29,066 nt of DNA from an uncultured Roseobacteraceae bacterium (GTDB lineage: Bacteria; Bacteroidota; Bacteroidia; Cytophagales; Flammeovirgaceae). The notes under the pieces are model-generated. The model was not told the DNA's origin, did not search any database, and was given only the letters and a program-made list of their open reading frames with translations. The stretch's first letter is position 1. Every line of letters starts with the position of its first letter. The stretch is from contig CAZFQW010000001.1 in the NCBI GenBank assembly GCA_964521225.1, positions 1 through 29,066 on the forward strand, given 5' to 3'. The position numbers were made by a program, and so were the translations under genes. Below are positions 18,096 to 26,594 of this stretch, piece by piece.

Positions 18096-19853
18096 TTAAA
18101 AGCTTAAATCAAAAGTTGGAGTACCTTTAATCTCCCCTAAGCAGAGTTTAAGTTTAATTATTTTTTTAACAGATTGATACACCTGTTGTTTAAAAGAGCG
18201 GCTATTTTCCATTTCATTTAATATTGAGGCAACCGCATCTTCTTCATCTATTACCATCAGCAACATATCACAGCCCGCTTTTACTGCTTTTAAAGGGGCA
18301 TCGGGCACGCTGCTCACTCCCCCCATTCTCATAGCATCGGTAATTACCAAGCCTTTGAATCCCATTTCCCCTTTCAGTAAACCTGAAATAATTTCTTTTG
18401 AACAGCTCGCGGGCAGCCCGTCGGTATTGTAACGTTCATTATTTTTTACAGCAATATGCCCTACCATTATGCTTACTACACCGCTGTCTATAAACAATTG
18501 GTAGATGGGTGCTTCTAAAAGTTCGCCATCAATTACTGGTAACGTAATATGGCTGTCCCCTTTCACATAGCCATGCCCGGGAAAGTGTTTTACGGTGGCA
18601 GCAACTCCCATTAACTGACTAGATTTTATAAAAGCATTGCAGTACTCTGCCACTATTTTAAAATCGTTCCCAAAAGTTCTATTCCCTATCGCTGCATTGT
18701 TAGGACTCATATCGGCAACGGGAGCATAGTTATGAAGTATATTCAAGTTCTTTAAAGATTCTGAAATGATTTTTGTAGTAGAATCTACCTCCGCCCTATT
18801 TTTGTGCTTATTGGTTTTCATTACTTTTTGAATACCTGCAATTTTCGTATTTATCAAACTCGGCTCAGCATCGGCACTATACAGCAGGGGTAACGATGAG
18901 TTATACAATGCAATAGAATCTAGTTTTTTAGTTCTCTTTTTAAAATCGTCTACAGAGCCTTTTAGAAGTAAAACCCCCCCAACTTTTTGCTGAGCAACTA
19001 ATTGTTCTACCACTGCATCGGGTCTTCCTAGTATACCAGCGGCAATTACAAGCATTTGCCCTACTCTCTGTGAGTCATCAAGCGATTGAAAAATCGCTTC
19101 TGTTCGCCACTCTAACCAAGGGTTGTTTCTATAAAAATCTTCCAATGAAAACACTGAAGCCGGATGCCTAAGCATAGAATCTAACGGGCTTTCAAAATTA
19201 TTGATTACTTGAAAAAGAGAATCTTTAAAAGCTTCTTCTACGGTAATAAACTTATATCCTCTGTCGGCTAGTTTTTCAAAAAAAACGGGTAGGGCAAATG
19301 CGTTTAAATCATTCATATCAAATGATAAGAATTGTTTCATGGGTTTTCCTAACGCAGCAGTTGAGATGTCATCATGTAAGGTAAAGTCTTCGAGTAATAA
19401 TGTTGCATATTCATCTAAGTATGCTTCAAAATGTGCCCCTTTTTCTTCTACATTCAGGTTTGTAAACGCTGTATTTAGCCTCTTACTATTAAAGCGATAA
19501 GTAGTCGGAATTACTTGAACAGGCAGTGAATCGGCTAACTGCATTGTTCTACTATCACCTAAGTTCCCTAGCCGATGAGTAGAACTTTTGAGGTAGTAAG
19601 AGATAGTATTTTGAATATAACTAGAGCGAGTGGTATCAATAAATAGATGAAGGGGCACTTCATTATCGTTTGCGCTTCCAATCAATCTGAGTAATCTTAG
19701 GGTATATTCTATATCTGAAATTTCGGGTTGAGGCTCATAAAAAAAATCATTAATTGTAATTACAATTTCCTTTTGCTCAGCCTGAGCGAAAGAAGTAGAA
19801 TTAAAAAAGAGGCGTAACCCCGAAAAGAATAGAATCCTAATAATTAATTGCAT
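18096..19853 (-). CDS. Secreted fusion: degenerate polysaccharide-deacetylase (CE4/NodB)-like domain + GH3 (NagZ-type) domain
   Basis: Signal peptide; aa ~28-211 KEIVITIND...MNDLNAFAL...RGYKFITVEEAFKD; C-terminal GH3 with NYAPVAD, KHFPGHGYVKGDSH, GFKGLVITDAM, AGCDMLL. Confidence 0.82.
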   Translation of the reverse strand: MQLIIRILFFSGLRLFFNSTSFAQAEQKEIVITINDFFYEPQPEISDIEYTLRLLRLIGSANDNEVPLHLFIDTTRSSYIQNTISYYLKSSTHRLGNLGDSRTMQLADSLPVQVIPTTYRFNSKRLNTAFTNLNVEEKGAHFEAYLDEYATLLLEDFTLHDDISTAALGKPMKQFLSFDMNDLNAFALPVFFEKLADRGYKFITVEEAFKDSLFQVINNFESPLDSMLRHPASVFSLEDFYRNNPWLEWRTEAIFQSLDDSQRVGQMLVIAAGILGRPDAVVEQLVAQQKVGGVLLLKGSVDDFKKRTKKLDSIALYNSSLPLLYSADAEPSLINTKIAGIQKVMKTNKHKNRAEVDSTTKIISESLKNLNILHNYAPVADMSPNNAAIGNRTFGNDFKIVAEYCNAFIKSSQLMGVAATVKHFPGHGYVKGDSHITLPVIDGELLEAPIYQLFIDSGVVSIMVGHIAVKNNERYNTDGLPASCSKEIISGLLKGEMGFKGLVITDAMRMGGVSSVPDAPLKAVKAGCDMLLMVIDEEDAVASILNEMENSRSFKQQVYQSVKKIIKLKLCLGEIKGTPTFDLSF

Positions 19854-19898
19854 ACTTAACTCTTAAGTTTTTCTCTGGTAAGAATAAGCTATAGAAGC

Positions 19899-19934
19899 AA
19901 AAAAACCTACTCAAATTACATTGAGTAGGTTTTT
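19899..19934 (-). terminator. Intrinsic terminator directly after rpsC
   Basis: Minus strand AAAAACCTACTCAA-tgtaat-TTGAGTAGGTTTTT extended to a 7-T run. Confidence 0.88.
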
Positions 19935-19963
19935 AATAGAATCAAATACAGTTTAAGAGAAAA

Positions 19964-20725
19964 TTAGTTCTTTCTTCTTCTGCGATCTCCGCCACCGCTG
20001 TTACCTCCGCGCCTACGCCCAGGAGCACCGCCACCACGGTTTTCATTCTTAGATGATCCTCCTCCTGCATTTGCATTCGGGCTTAAATCTGGCTTGCCAT
20101 ATATTTCACCCTTAAATACCCATACCTTAATTCCTATTTTACCATATACTGTATGAGATTCAGAAATTGCATAATCTATATCTGCACGAATTGTATGCAA
20201 AGGGATACGACCTTCCTTATACGTTTCTACACGAGCCATTTCAGCACCGCCTAAACGACCTGAAACTTTAATTTTGATTCCTTTTGCACCTACACGCATT
20301 GCATTAGAAATCGCTTGCTTCATCGCTCTTCTGTAAGAAACACGATTCGCTAATTGCTGAGCAATTGATTCCCCTACTAATTTTGCGTCTATTTCTGGTC
20401 TCTTTATTTCAAAGATATTGATTTGAACATCTTTACCCGTCAGTTTCTTAAGCTCTTCTTTGATTTTATCCACTTCTGCCCCACCTTTCCCAATTACCAC
20501 CCCCGGACGGGCTGTATTGATAGTAAGTGTTAAACGCTTAAGTGTTCGCTCAATAATTACACGTGAAATACCTGCACGTGGGTTTGGAAGACGGGCTGCA
20601 ACATATTTTCTGATTTGTTCGTCTTCTAAAAGTTTGTCAGAGAAATCTTTCCCACCATACCAACTAGATTCCCATCCTCTAACAAAACCTAATCTAAAGC
20701 CTATTGGATTTACTTTTTGTCCCAT
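19964..20725 (-). CDS. rpsC: 30S ribosomal protein S3
   Basis: [43 protein letters not shown]; start at 20725. Confidence 0.99.
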   Translation of the reverse strand: MGQKVNPIGFRLGFVRGWESSWYGGKDFSDKLLEDEQIRKYVAARLPNPRAGISRVIIERTLKRLTLTINTARPGVVIGKGGAEVDKIKEELKKLTGKDVQINIFEIKRPEIDAKLVGESIAQQLANRVSYRRAMKQAISNAMRVGAKGIKIKVSGRLGGAEMARVETYKEGRIPLHTIRADIDYAISESHTVYGKIGIKVWVFKGEIYGKPDLSPNANAGGGSSKNENRGGGAPGRRRGGNSGGGDRRRRKN

Positions 20726-20729
20726 AAGA

Positions 20730-21140
20730 TTATGATTCGTTTTGAATATCTGTATTTGATTCTTTTTCTGCAACTGATTCAGCAACTTGTACAACTGGCT
20801 CTAAAGAGTCGATGATTAAAGTTACATGGTTAGAACGCTTACGGATTCGGTGTGCACGACCCTGTGGAGCCGGACGGAATCTTTTCAAAGTTTTACCTTC
20901 TGATACGTAAACCTCTTTAATAAACAAGTTAGCATCTTCAATTTCTACTTCCTCGTTCTTATGTTCCCAGTTTGAAATGGCAGAAAGCAAGAGTTTTTCA
21001 ATTACAGGAGAGCCCGCTTTCGATTGAAACTTTAAAATATTTAATGCTGTATTTACCTCTTTCCCACGGATGCTATCTACTACAAGGCGCATTTTTCTGG
21101 GAGCAATGGGTGAGTTGTTTAATTTCGCTACTGCTTCCAT
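20730..21140 (-). CDS. rplV: 50S ribosomal protein L22
   Basis: [32 protein letters not shown]. Confidence 0.99.
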   Translation of the reverse strand: MEAVAKLNNSPIAPRKMRLVVDSIRGKEVNTALNILKFQSKAGSPVIEKLLLSAISNWEHKNEEVEIEDANLFIKEVYVSEGKTLKRFRPAPQGRAHRIRKRSNHVTLIIDSLEPVVQVAESVAEKESNTDIQNES

Positions 21141-21418
21141 TATCTTTTACCTTTATCTTTTTTAGCAATATGACCTCTGAAGTTACGAGTTGGCGCAAAT
21201 TCACCTAATTTGTGCCCAACCATGTTTTCTGTTACATAAACTGGAATAAATTTATTACCATTATGTACAGCGAATGTATGACCAATGAAATCAGGTGAAA
21301 TCATAGATCTTCTAGACCAAGTCTTAATTACTGACTTCCTGTCTGATTCGTTCAATTTATCAACTTTCTTTTCGAGACGATAGTCGATGTATGGTCCTTT
21401 TTTGAGTGATCTAGCCAT
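21140..21418 (-). CDS. rpsS: 30S ribosomal protein S19
   Basis: [30 protein letters not shown]. Confidence 0.99.
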   Translation of the reverse strand: MARSLKKGPYIDYRLEKKVDKLNESDRKSVIKTWSRRSMISPDFIGHTFAVHNGNKFIPVYVTENMVGHKLGEFAPTRNFRGHIAKKDKGKR

Positions 21419-22248
21419 TATTTTTTACTTTTTCTTCTGGCAATAATTAATCTATCAGAATACTTGTTTAAAGAACGTGTTTTTTGTCCTTTAGCATAAA
21501 GTCCGTTTCTAGAACGTGGATGTCCTCCAGAAGAGCGTCCTTCACCACCACCCATTGGGTGATCGACTGGGTTCATCGCAACACCACGAGTTCTGGGCCT
21601 GCGACCTAACCAGCGGCTTCTACCTGCTTTACCAAGTCTCACATTCATGTGGTCACCATTAGAAACAGTTCCAATAGTAGCATAACAAGTAGCTAATACC
21701 ATTCTCGTTTCACCAGAAGGCAATTTCAGAGAGGCGTATTTTCCTGTACGACCTAATAACTGAGCATATGCGCCAGCACTTCTTACCATACTTCCACCTT
21801 GCCCAGGCCTAACTTCAACGTTGTGTACAATTGTACCAACAGGGATAACTGAAAGAGGCAATGTGTTTCCAACATCAGGAGTTGCATCTGGACCAGATAC
21901 AACTGTTTGACCTACTTGCAGACCTTCCGGAGCTAGAATATAAGTTTTTACACCATCAGCATAATATAATAGTGCAATTCTTGCAGTACGGTTAGGATCG
22001 TACTCAATTGACTTTACAACAGCAGGGACTCCATGACGCTGTCTTTTAAAATCTACTATACGATATTTCTTCTTGTGTCCACCACCAAGATATCGCATAG
22101 TCATTTTACCAGTGTGGTTTCTACCACCTGAACGCTTTTTTGGTGCAAGCAAAGATTTCTCAGGCGAAGAATTTGTAACTTCTTCGAACGTAGGAGCAAC
22201 CCTATATCTTGTACCAGGCGTAATTGGTCTTAACTTTTTAACACCCAT
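21418..22248 (-). CDS. rplB: 50S ribosomal protein L2
   Basis: [34 protein letters not shown]. Confidence 0.99.
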   Translation of the reverse strand: MGVKKLRPITPGTRYRVAPTFEEVTNSSPEKSLLAPKKRSGGRNHTGKMTMRYLGGGHKKKYRIVDFKRQRHGVPAVVKSIEYDPNRTARIALLYYADGVKTYILAPEGLQVGQTVVSGPDATPDVGNTLPLSVIPVGTIVHNVEVRPGQGGSMVRSAGAYAQLLGRTGKYASLKLPSGETRMVLATCYATIGTVSNGDHMNVRLGKAGRSRWLGRRPRTRGVAMNPVDHPMGGGEGRSSGGHPRSRNGLYAKGQKTRSLNKYSDRLIIARRKSKK

Positions 22249-22308
22249 TTTAAACTATTTTATTCTGTTTTTTTCTCGGATAAACAGAGTTCCTTAATTA
22301 TTAAATTG

Positions 22309-22602
22309 TTATTCTTCAGTTCCTTCGTAGATGTCTATCATTTCACCTTCTAAAAGTGAAACATAAGCTTTTTTGTACGAAGCAGCACGACCTTGTATCA
22401 ACCCAGCTTTTGTAAAGCGGGATTTTGATTTTCCAGCAACGTTAACAGTTCTTACACCATCAACGGTTACACCATAAGTATTTTCTATGGTCTTCTTAAT
22501 CTGAATTTTATTTGCCTTTTTGTTTACCACAAATACGTAAGTACCGCTTTCATTTCCTTCGGTAGCTTTTTCAGTGATAATAGGCTTCAATAATACTTGC
22601 AT
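22309..22602 (-). CDS. rplW: 50S ribosomal protein L23
   Basis: KPIITEKA, ANKIQIK, YKKAYVSL. Confidence 0.98.
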   Translation of the reverse strand: MQVLLKPIITEKATEGNESGTYVFVVNKKANKIQIKKTIENTYGVTVDGVRTVNVAGKSKSRFTKAGLIQGRAASYKKAYVSLLEGEMIDIYEGTEE

Positions 22603-22614
22603 TGTTGAAGTAGC

Positions 22615-23235
22615 TTAAAATTTTGAAAAACTTTCTACTGTACCTTCACAAACAATTACGTTATCTGCATGAAGGATGTCGTATGTATTCAAAGAATCGA
22701 TGGTAACGATTTTCGCTTTAGGCAGATTTCTAGAAGAGAGATAAATATTCTCGTCTTTGTTTGGAAGTACTAACAGGGTTTTGCTGTTATTTAACTTTAA
22801 GTTATCTAATAGAGCAGCATACTCTTTAGTGCGTGGAGCGTCGAAAGTAAAATTTTCTAAAACTGTTAAGTTAGAATCTGTTACTTTATAAGACAAAGCT
22901 GAGCGGCGAGCTAACCTTTTAAGCTTTTTATTTAGTTTGAAACTGTAGTTTCTTGGTCTTGGACCAAAAACTCTACCTCCACCTCTAAATACAGGAGATT
23001 TTATACTACCAGCTCTAGCTGTACCTGTACCTTTTTGTTTCTTTATTTTTCTTGTAGAACCTGTAATTTCGGCTCTTTCTTTAGACTTGTGAGTTCCTTG
23101 ACGCTGATTTGCTAGGTACTGCTTTATGTCTAAATATATTGCATGGTCGTTGGGAGTAACGCCAAATATTTCGTCGGGTAAGTTAACTGTTTTTCCAGTT
23201 TCGCTTCCACTTGTACTAATAACCGGTAATTCCAT
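22615..23235 (-). CDS. rplD: 50S ribosomal protein L4
   Basis: RQGTHKSKER, KQKGTGTARAG, GGGRVFGPRPR; start MELPV at 23235. Confidence 0.99.
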   Translation of the reverse strand: MELPVISTSGSETGKTVNLPDEIFGVTPNDHAIYLDIKQYLANQRQGTHKSKERAEITGSTRKIKKQKGTGTARAGSIKSPVFRGGGRVFGPRPRNYSFKLNKKLKRLARRSALSYKVTDSNLTVLENFTFDAPRTKEYAALLDNLKLNNSKTLLVLPNKDENIYLSSRNLPKAKIVTIDSLNTYDILHADNVIVCEGTVESFSKF

Positions 23236-23242
23236 GGCAATT

Positions 23243-23866
23243 TTACTTTTCAATAATTACGTAAGAGTTTTTAGCACCCGGAATAGCACCGCTTACTAAA
23301 ATCAAATTTTTATCAGAATAAACACGCAATACTTTAAGGTTAGTGACTTTAACGCTTTGGTTGCCCATACGACCAGCCATTTTTAAACCTTTAAAAACAC
23401 GTGCTGGATAAGAACAAGCACCTATTGAACCCGGATGGCGTAGGCGGTTGTGCTGCCCGTGAGTTGACTGCCCAACACCTCCAAAATTGTGTCTTTTCAC
23501 AACACCTTGGAAGCCTTTACCTTTACTTGTGCCTGAAATATCTACGTACTCGCCTTCAGCGAAAATATCTGTAGCATTTAGGGTATCTCCTAAATTAACC
23601 TCCATTGCATCGAAGTTTTTAAACTCAACAACTTTACGTTTTGGAGTTGTACTTGCTTTTTTAAAGTGCCCTTTTAAAGCATTTGGAGTATTTTTATCTT
23701 TTGCTTCATCAAAAGCAAGTTGCACTGACTTGTATCCGTCAGTATCTGTAGTTTTCACTTGTGTAACTACACATCCACCAGCTTGAATGAGAGTTCCGGC
23801 AACACTTTTACCGTTCTCATCGAATATGCTGGTCATTCCTAATTTCTTTCCTATTAATCCTGGCAT
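23243..23866 (-). CDS. rplC: 50S ribosomal protein L3
   Basis: [36 protein letters not shown]. Confidence 0.99.
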   Translation of the reverse strand: MPGLIGKKLGMTSIFDENGKSVAGTLIQAGGCVVTQVKTTDTDGYKSVQLAFDEAKDKNTPNALKGHFKKASTTPKRKVVEFKNFDAMEVNLGDTLNATDIFAEGEYVDISGTSKGKGFQGVVKRHNFGGVGQSTHGQHNRLRHPGSIGACSYPARVFKGLKMAGRMGNQSVKVTNLKVLRVYSDKNLILVSGAIPGAKNSYVIIEK

Positions 23867-23904
23867 GGGTCGTCGTATTTCTCAAGAATAAACGTTAAGC
23901 TTCA

Positions 23905-23940
23905 AAAGAAGATAAGACATTTAATTCCTTATCCTTCTTT
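23905..23940 (-). promoter_or_regulatory. Leader hairpin in the rplC 5' UTR (candidate r-protein leader/attenuator)
   Basis: mRNA AAAGAAG(G)AUAAGG-aauuaaaug-UCUUAUCUUCUUU: 13 pairs with one bulged G. Confidence 0.55.
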
Positions 23941-23944
23941 AAAA

Positions 23945-23981
23945 GGAGTGCAAAAGTAGGAATATATAATTACTTAACAAA
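23945..23981 (-). promoter_or_regulatory. Housekeeping promoter of the rplC-rpsC operon
   Basis: TTTG(23981-23978)-N19-TACTTTTG(23958-23951)-CACTCC. Confidence 0.85.
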
Positions 23982-24000
23982 TTGATATTAGAAATTTTAT

Positions 24001-25065
24001 ATGCAGAGAATCAATATTTTACTACAAAAGATTGAAGAACGCCAACAATCTACTGAAATGCATCCCTCAGAAGGAATTTTCCCCTCTTTCAGAAAATTCG
24101 CTTTTACAAATTACCGAAGGGCTGACAATAATTTATTTTTCACTTCTTTGATATTGCTTATTTTAAATAGATGTATCCATACAATTACCAATAAGGAGGC
24201 AAAAAAAATTATCCGTAGAATAAAAGCGAATGCCTATAAAAACTTCCATTTATATAAAAATAAAGCAGGCGGGGTTACCTATAACTTTTGGCAGGAACAC
24301 CCAAAAAATGCTTTCCCAAATAGCAAGATTATTTTTAACCATAAGCATTTTCATATTCCGGACGATTTAGATGACAGTGCGCTTGCTTACATCGCTAAGC
24401 CGCATACTTTAGCTGAAGTATATGGTTTAAAAAGAAGGGCTGAAGTTCATATTAATTCTTACAGGAAAACAGTAGAAAATACTTTCGATTTTTTAAAAGA
24501 TATAGAAACCTACACTACTTGGTCGGGCGATACAATGTATTATGAGTTTGACTTGTGTGTAACCTGCAATTTACTTTCTTGCTTTGGGCATTATAATTTA
24601 CCTAAAGATAAGTATGATTTAAATGCTGTAAGGCTCATTGAACTTATTTTAGAGAAAAATTATCACTTAACATATCCTTATGAGTCTTCACATCATTATG
24701 CTAATAAAAGCATGATTTTATATCATTTGGCTAGACTCTGTGTATTTGATGCTGAGTTTAAGAAAAAATGGGCAAAAAAGATAAGTAGCGATATTGAGGA
24801 GGTTTTCCATAAAGAAGAATATCTCTTAGGAAAGATAATCCTTGCCAATGCACTAATGAAGTTGGGCTCAAAAGCCCCCCAAATTGATTTTGACAATTTG
24901 CCCTTAGCGTTCCCCTTTTTTATTATAGGGCTTATGACTCCTTATGAAAATAAATTAGCTAGAAACCTCGCTAAAAACAATCTGACTTGGCTAGAATATA
25001 ACTGCGAAGCGTACAGTATTGCTTTAAAATTAGAGTATCTAATACTAAAAAATCAGACCCTGTGA
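24001..25065 (+). CDS. Hypothetical helical protein resembling a single-domain class II terpene cyclase/prenyltransferase beta-domain
   Basis: PDDLDDSALAY (DxDD at aa 122-125), EFDLCVTCNLL, HYANKSMILYHLARL; 354-aa ORF. Confidence 0.6.
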   Translation: MQRINILLQKIEERQQSTEMHPSEGIFPSFRKFAFTNYRRADNNLFFTSLILLILNRCIHTITNKEAKKIIRRIKANAYKNFHLYKNKAGGVTYNFWQEHPKNAFPNSKIIFNHKHFHIPDDLDDSALAYIAKPHTLAEVYGLKRRAEVHINSYRKTVENTFDFLKDIETYTTWSGDTMYYEFDLCVTCNLLSCFGHYNLPKDKYDLNAVRLIELILEKNYHLTYPYESSHHYANKSMILYHLARLCVFDAEFKKKWAKKISSDIEEVFHKEEYLLGKIILANALMKLGSKAPQIDFDNLPLAFPFFIIGLMTPYENKLARNLAKNNLTWLEYNCEAYSIALKLEYLILKNQTL

Positions 25066-25201
25066 AGAGCCCGATTTTTATTTCATAGCTGGCTGATGGA
25101 TATTATATGTTATCCTATTTTACAAAGATGCATATTTAATCACATTGTATAAATCCCTTATAATAGGGGATTTTAGTTCTTGGTATTCATAGCCTTAGCT
25201 T

Positions 25202-25816
25202 TTAAGCTACTGTGTATTTCACCAAAAAATCGCCATTATTTGCCTTAATCTCAGCTACTCCATTCTCAATTACTTTAAAAGAACCCTTAGTAGTGCTTTT
25301 AAGGTTACTTGTATGATATTTTCCTTCTCTGTTTCCGACAGAAACCACCTCTAATAGGCTATCTTTTACAAACCATTTGCTAAACGAAGCCCCTTTTAAA
25401 ACGTAATTACCTCTGTATTTTTTTTGGTAGACTACTATTTGTTTTAACCCTGAATATACATTGGTGTTTGTAATTAATCCCTCGTTGTTAGTGAGTATAT
25501 TAAAAGAGAAATTACGCTGCCCATTTAAGTAGCCGCATACAATTTCCTCTATCGTTGTTTCTTCATGCACAAAAAGTTGGTAATGTGGATATTGAATTTC
25601 AAGCAGCTTTTTAACCTTTTCAACCTCTTGTAAGCGGCAAATTACTTCATCTACTTTTATTCCTAGATCGACTACTACTTTTTTAAGGGAACTATCCACT
25701 ACAATGAGCTTGCTCCCCCACTCTAGCAGCCCTTCGAGTACTGTAATGTCAAACTCACTATCTGTAATAATTATAGCAGGTTCTTGGTTCTCGGTTACAA
25801 TATGGTGCGACGACAT
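25202..25816 (-). CDS. Thiamine pyrophosphokinase-like protein, apparently degenerate
   Basis: Bacteroidota TPK N-terminus MSSHHIV..QEPAIII, LLEWG, LGIKVD, FSKWF, TSNL; acidic catalytic motifs not seen. Confidence 0.7.
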   Translation of the reverse strand: MSSHHIVTENQEPAIIITDSEFDITVLEGLLEWGSKLIVVDSSLKKVVVDLGIKVDEVICRLQEVEKVKKLLEIQYPHYQLFVHEETTIEEIVCGYLNGQRNFSFNILTNNEGLITNTNVYSGLKQIVVYQKKYRGNYVLKGASFSKWFVKDSLLEVVSVGNREGKYHTSNLKSTTKGSFKVIENGVAEIKANNGDFLVKYTVA

Positions 25817-25847
25817 TTAATTTTCTTTTTATTGAAGATATAAAATC

Positions 25848-25881
25848 AAAAAAAAGGCATACTAACTTAATAATATGCCTT
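25848..25881 (-). terminator. Intrinsic terminator after the 117-aa ORF
   Basis: Minus strand AAGGCATA-N12-TATGCCTT extended to an 8-T run. Confidence 0.7.
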
Positions 25882-25907
25882 CAAATTTAATTGCTGTTGT
25901 AATACCG

Positions 25908-26261
25908 TTATGCAGTGAATGTCTGGCTTTTTACTGCTTTTTCTACTGCTCTTAGCTTGTGTTCGATAAACTCAAGCTGTTTCCATCTTGAATTAAATGT
26001 GTTTGAAATAAACTTAGACGGTGCTAATTGGGCGATAGTTTCTAACTTTTGTAGCTCTACTTCAAGCTTCTTGATATCATCGTAATTAAGCAAAGTGCCT
26101 TTACTTAATTCATTCAAATTAATAGAGCTTTTAGTTTGAGAGGCTATCAAGGTCATACGATTCAGTAAAAGCCCATACTTTTCTTTTACCTTTCTATTAC
26201 GATTAGTGAGGTAAATCATTACCACCGTAAAGGGTATAATAAACACTAAGAAATATAACAT
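25908..26261 (-). CDS. Hypothetical N-anchored membrane protein
   Basis: N-terminal hydrophobic helix followed by basic residues and a helical cytoplasmic part; own terminator downstream. Confidence 0.7.
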   Translation of the reverse strand: MLYFLVFIIPFTVVMIYLTNRNRKVKEKYGLLLNRMTLIASQTKSSINLNELSKGTLLNYDDIKKLEVELQKLETIAQLAPSKFISNTFNSRWKQLEFIEHKLRAVEKAVKSQTFTA

Positions 26262-26531
26262 AGCTTGTTTGGTTATGGTTAATTATTAGAGTTTCGAGTG
26301 TCGCATCATAAAACTATTTGTTAATGTTTAGTTCACAAACATAAATATAAATATACTTAAAATTAACAACTTTAAAATACATCCCGCTTTTCGGCAGTAC
26401 AATTCTCTACAAAGAACAGTAACTTCTGCTTATCTAAAATAAGTTACTCGCGAGCATAAATATTAAAACAAAAAAATGCTATTTCTTTTTTTTATACTGT
26501 AAACAACTATTTAGAGGTGTTTTAAATTTCT

Positions 26532-26539
26532 TACTTTTG
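26532..26539 (+). promoter_or_regulatory. Bacteroidota -7 promoter element for the E2 operon
   Basis: TACTTTTG, 55 bp before the ATG; TTTA at 26510-26513 is a possible -33. Confidence 0.6.
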
Positions 26540-26594
26540 CGCATCAGTAAACAACATATATAAACTTAAACACCTTAACCAATTCAATTTTGCT

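Noticed and set aside
19964-20070. Gly/Arg-rich low-complexity tail of S3 (and acidic tail of L22)
   Set aside because: Such C-terminal extensions are common in Bacteroidota r-proteins.
16816-25065. Idea that ispF, yceI and the terpene-cyclase-like gene form an isoprenoid gene cluster
   Set aside because: They are separated by the ribosomal operon and terminators and lie on different transcription units; no prenyl synthase is present; ispF is a housekeeping gene.
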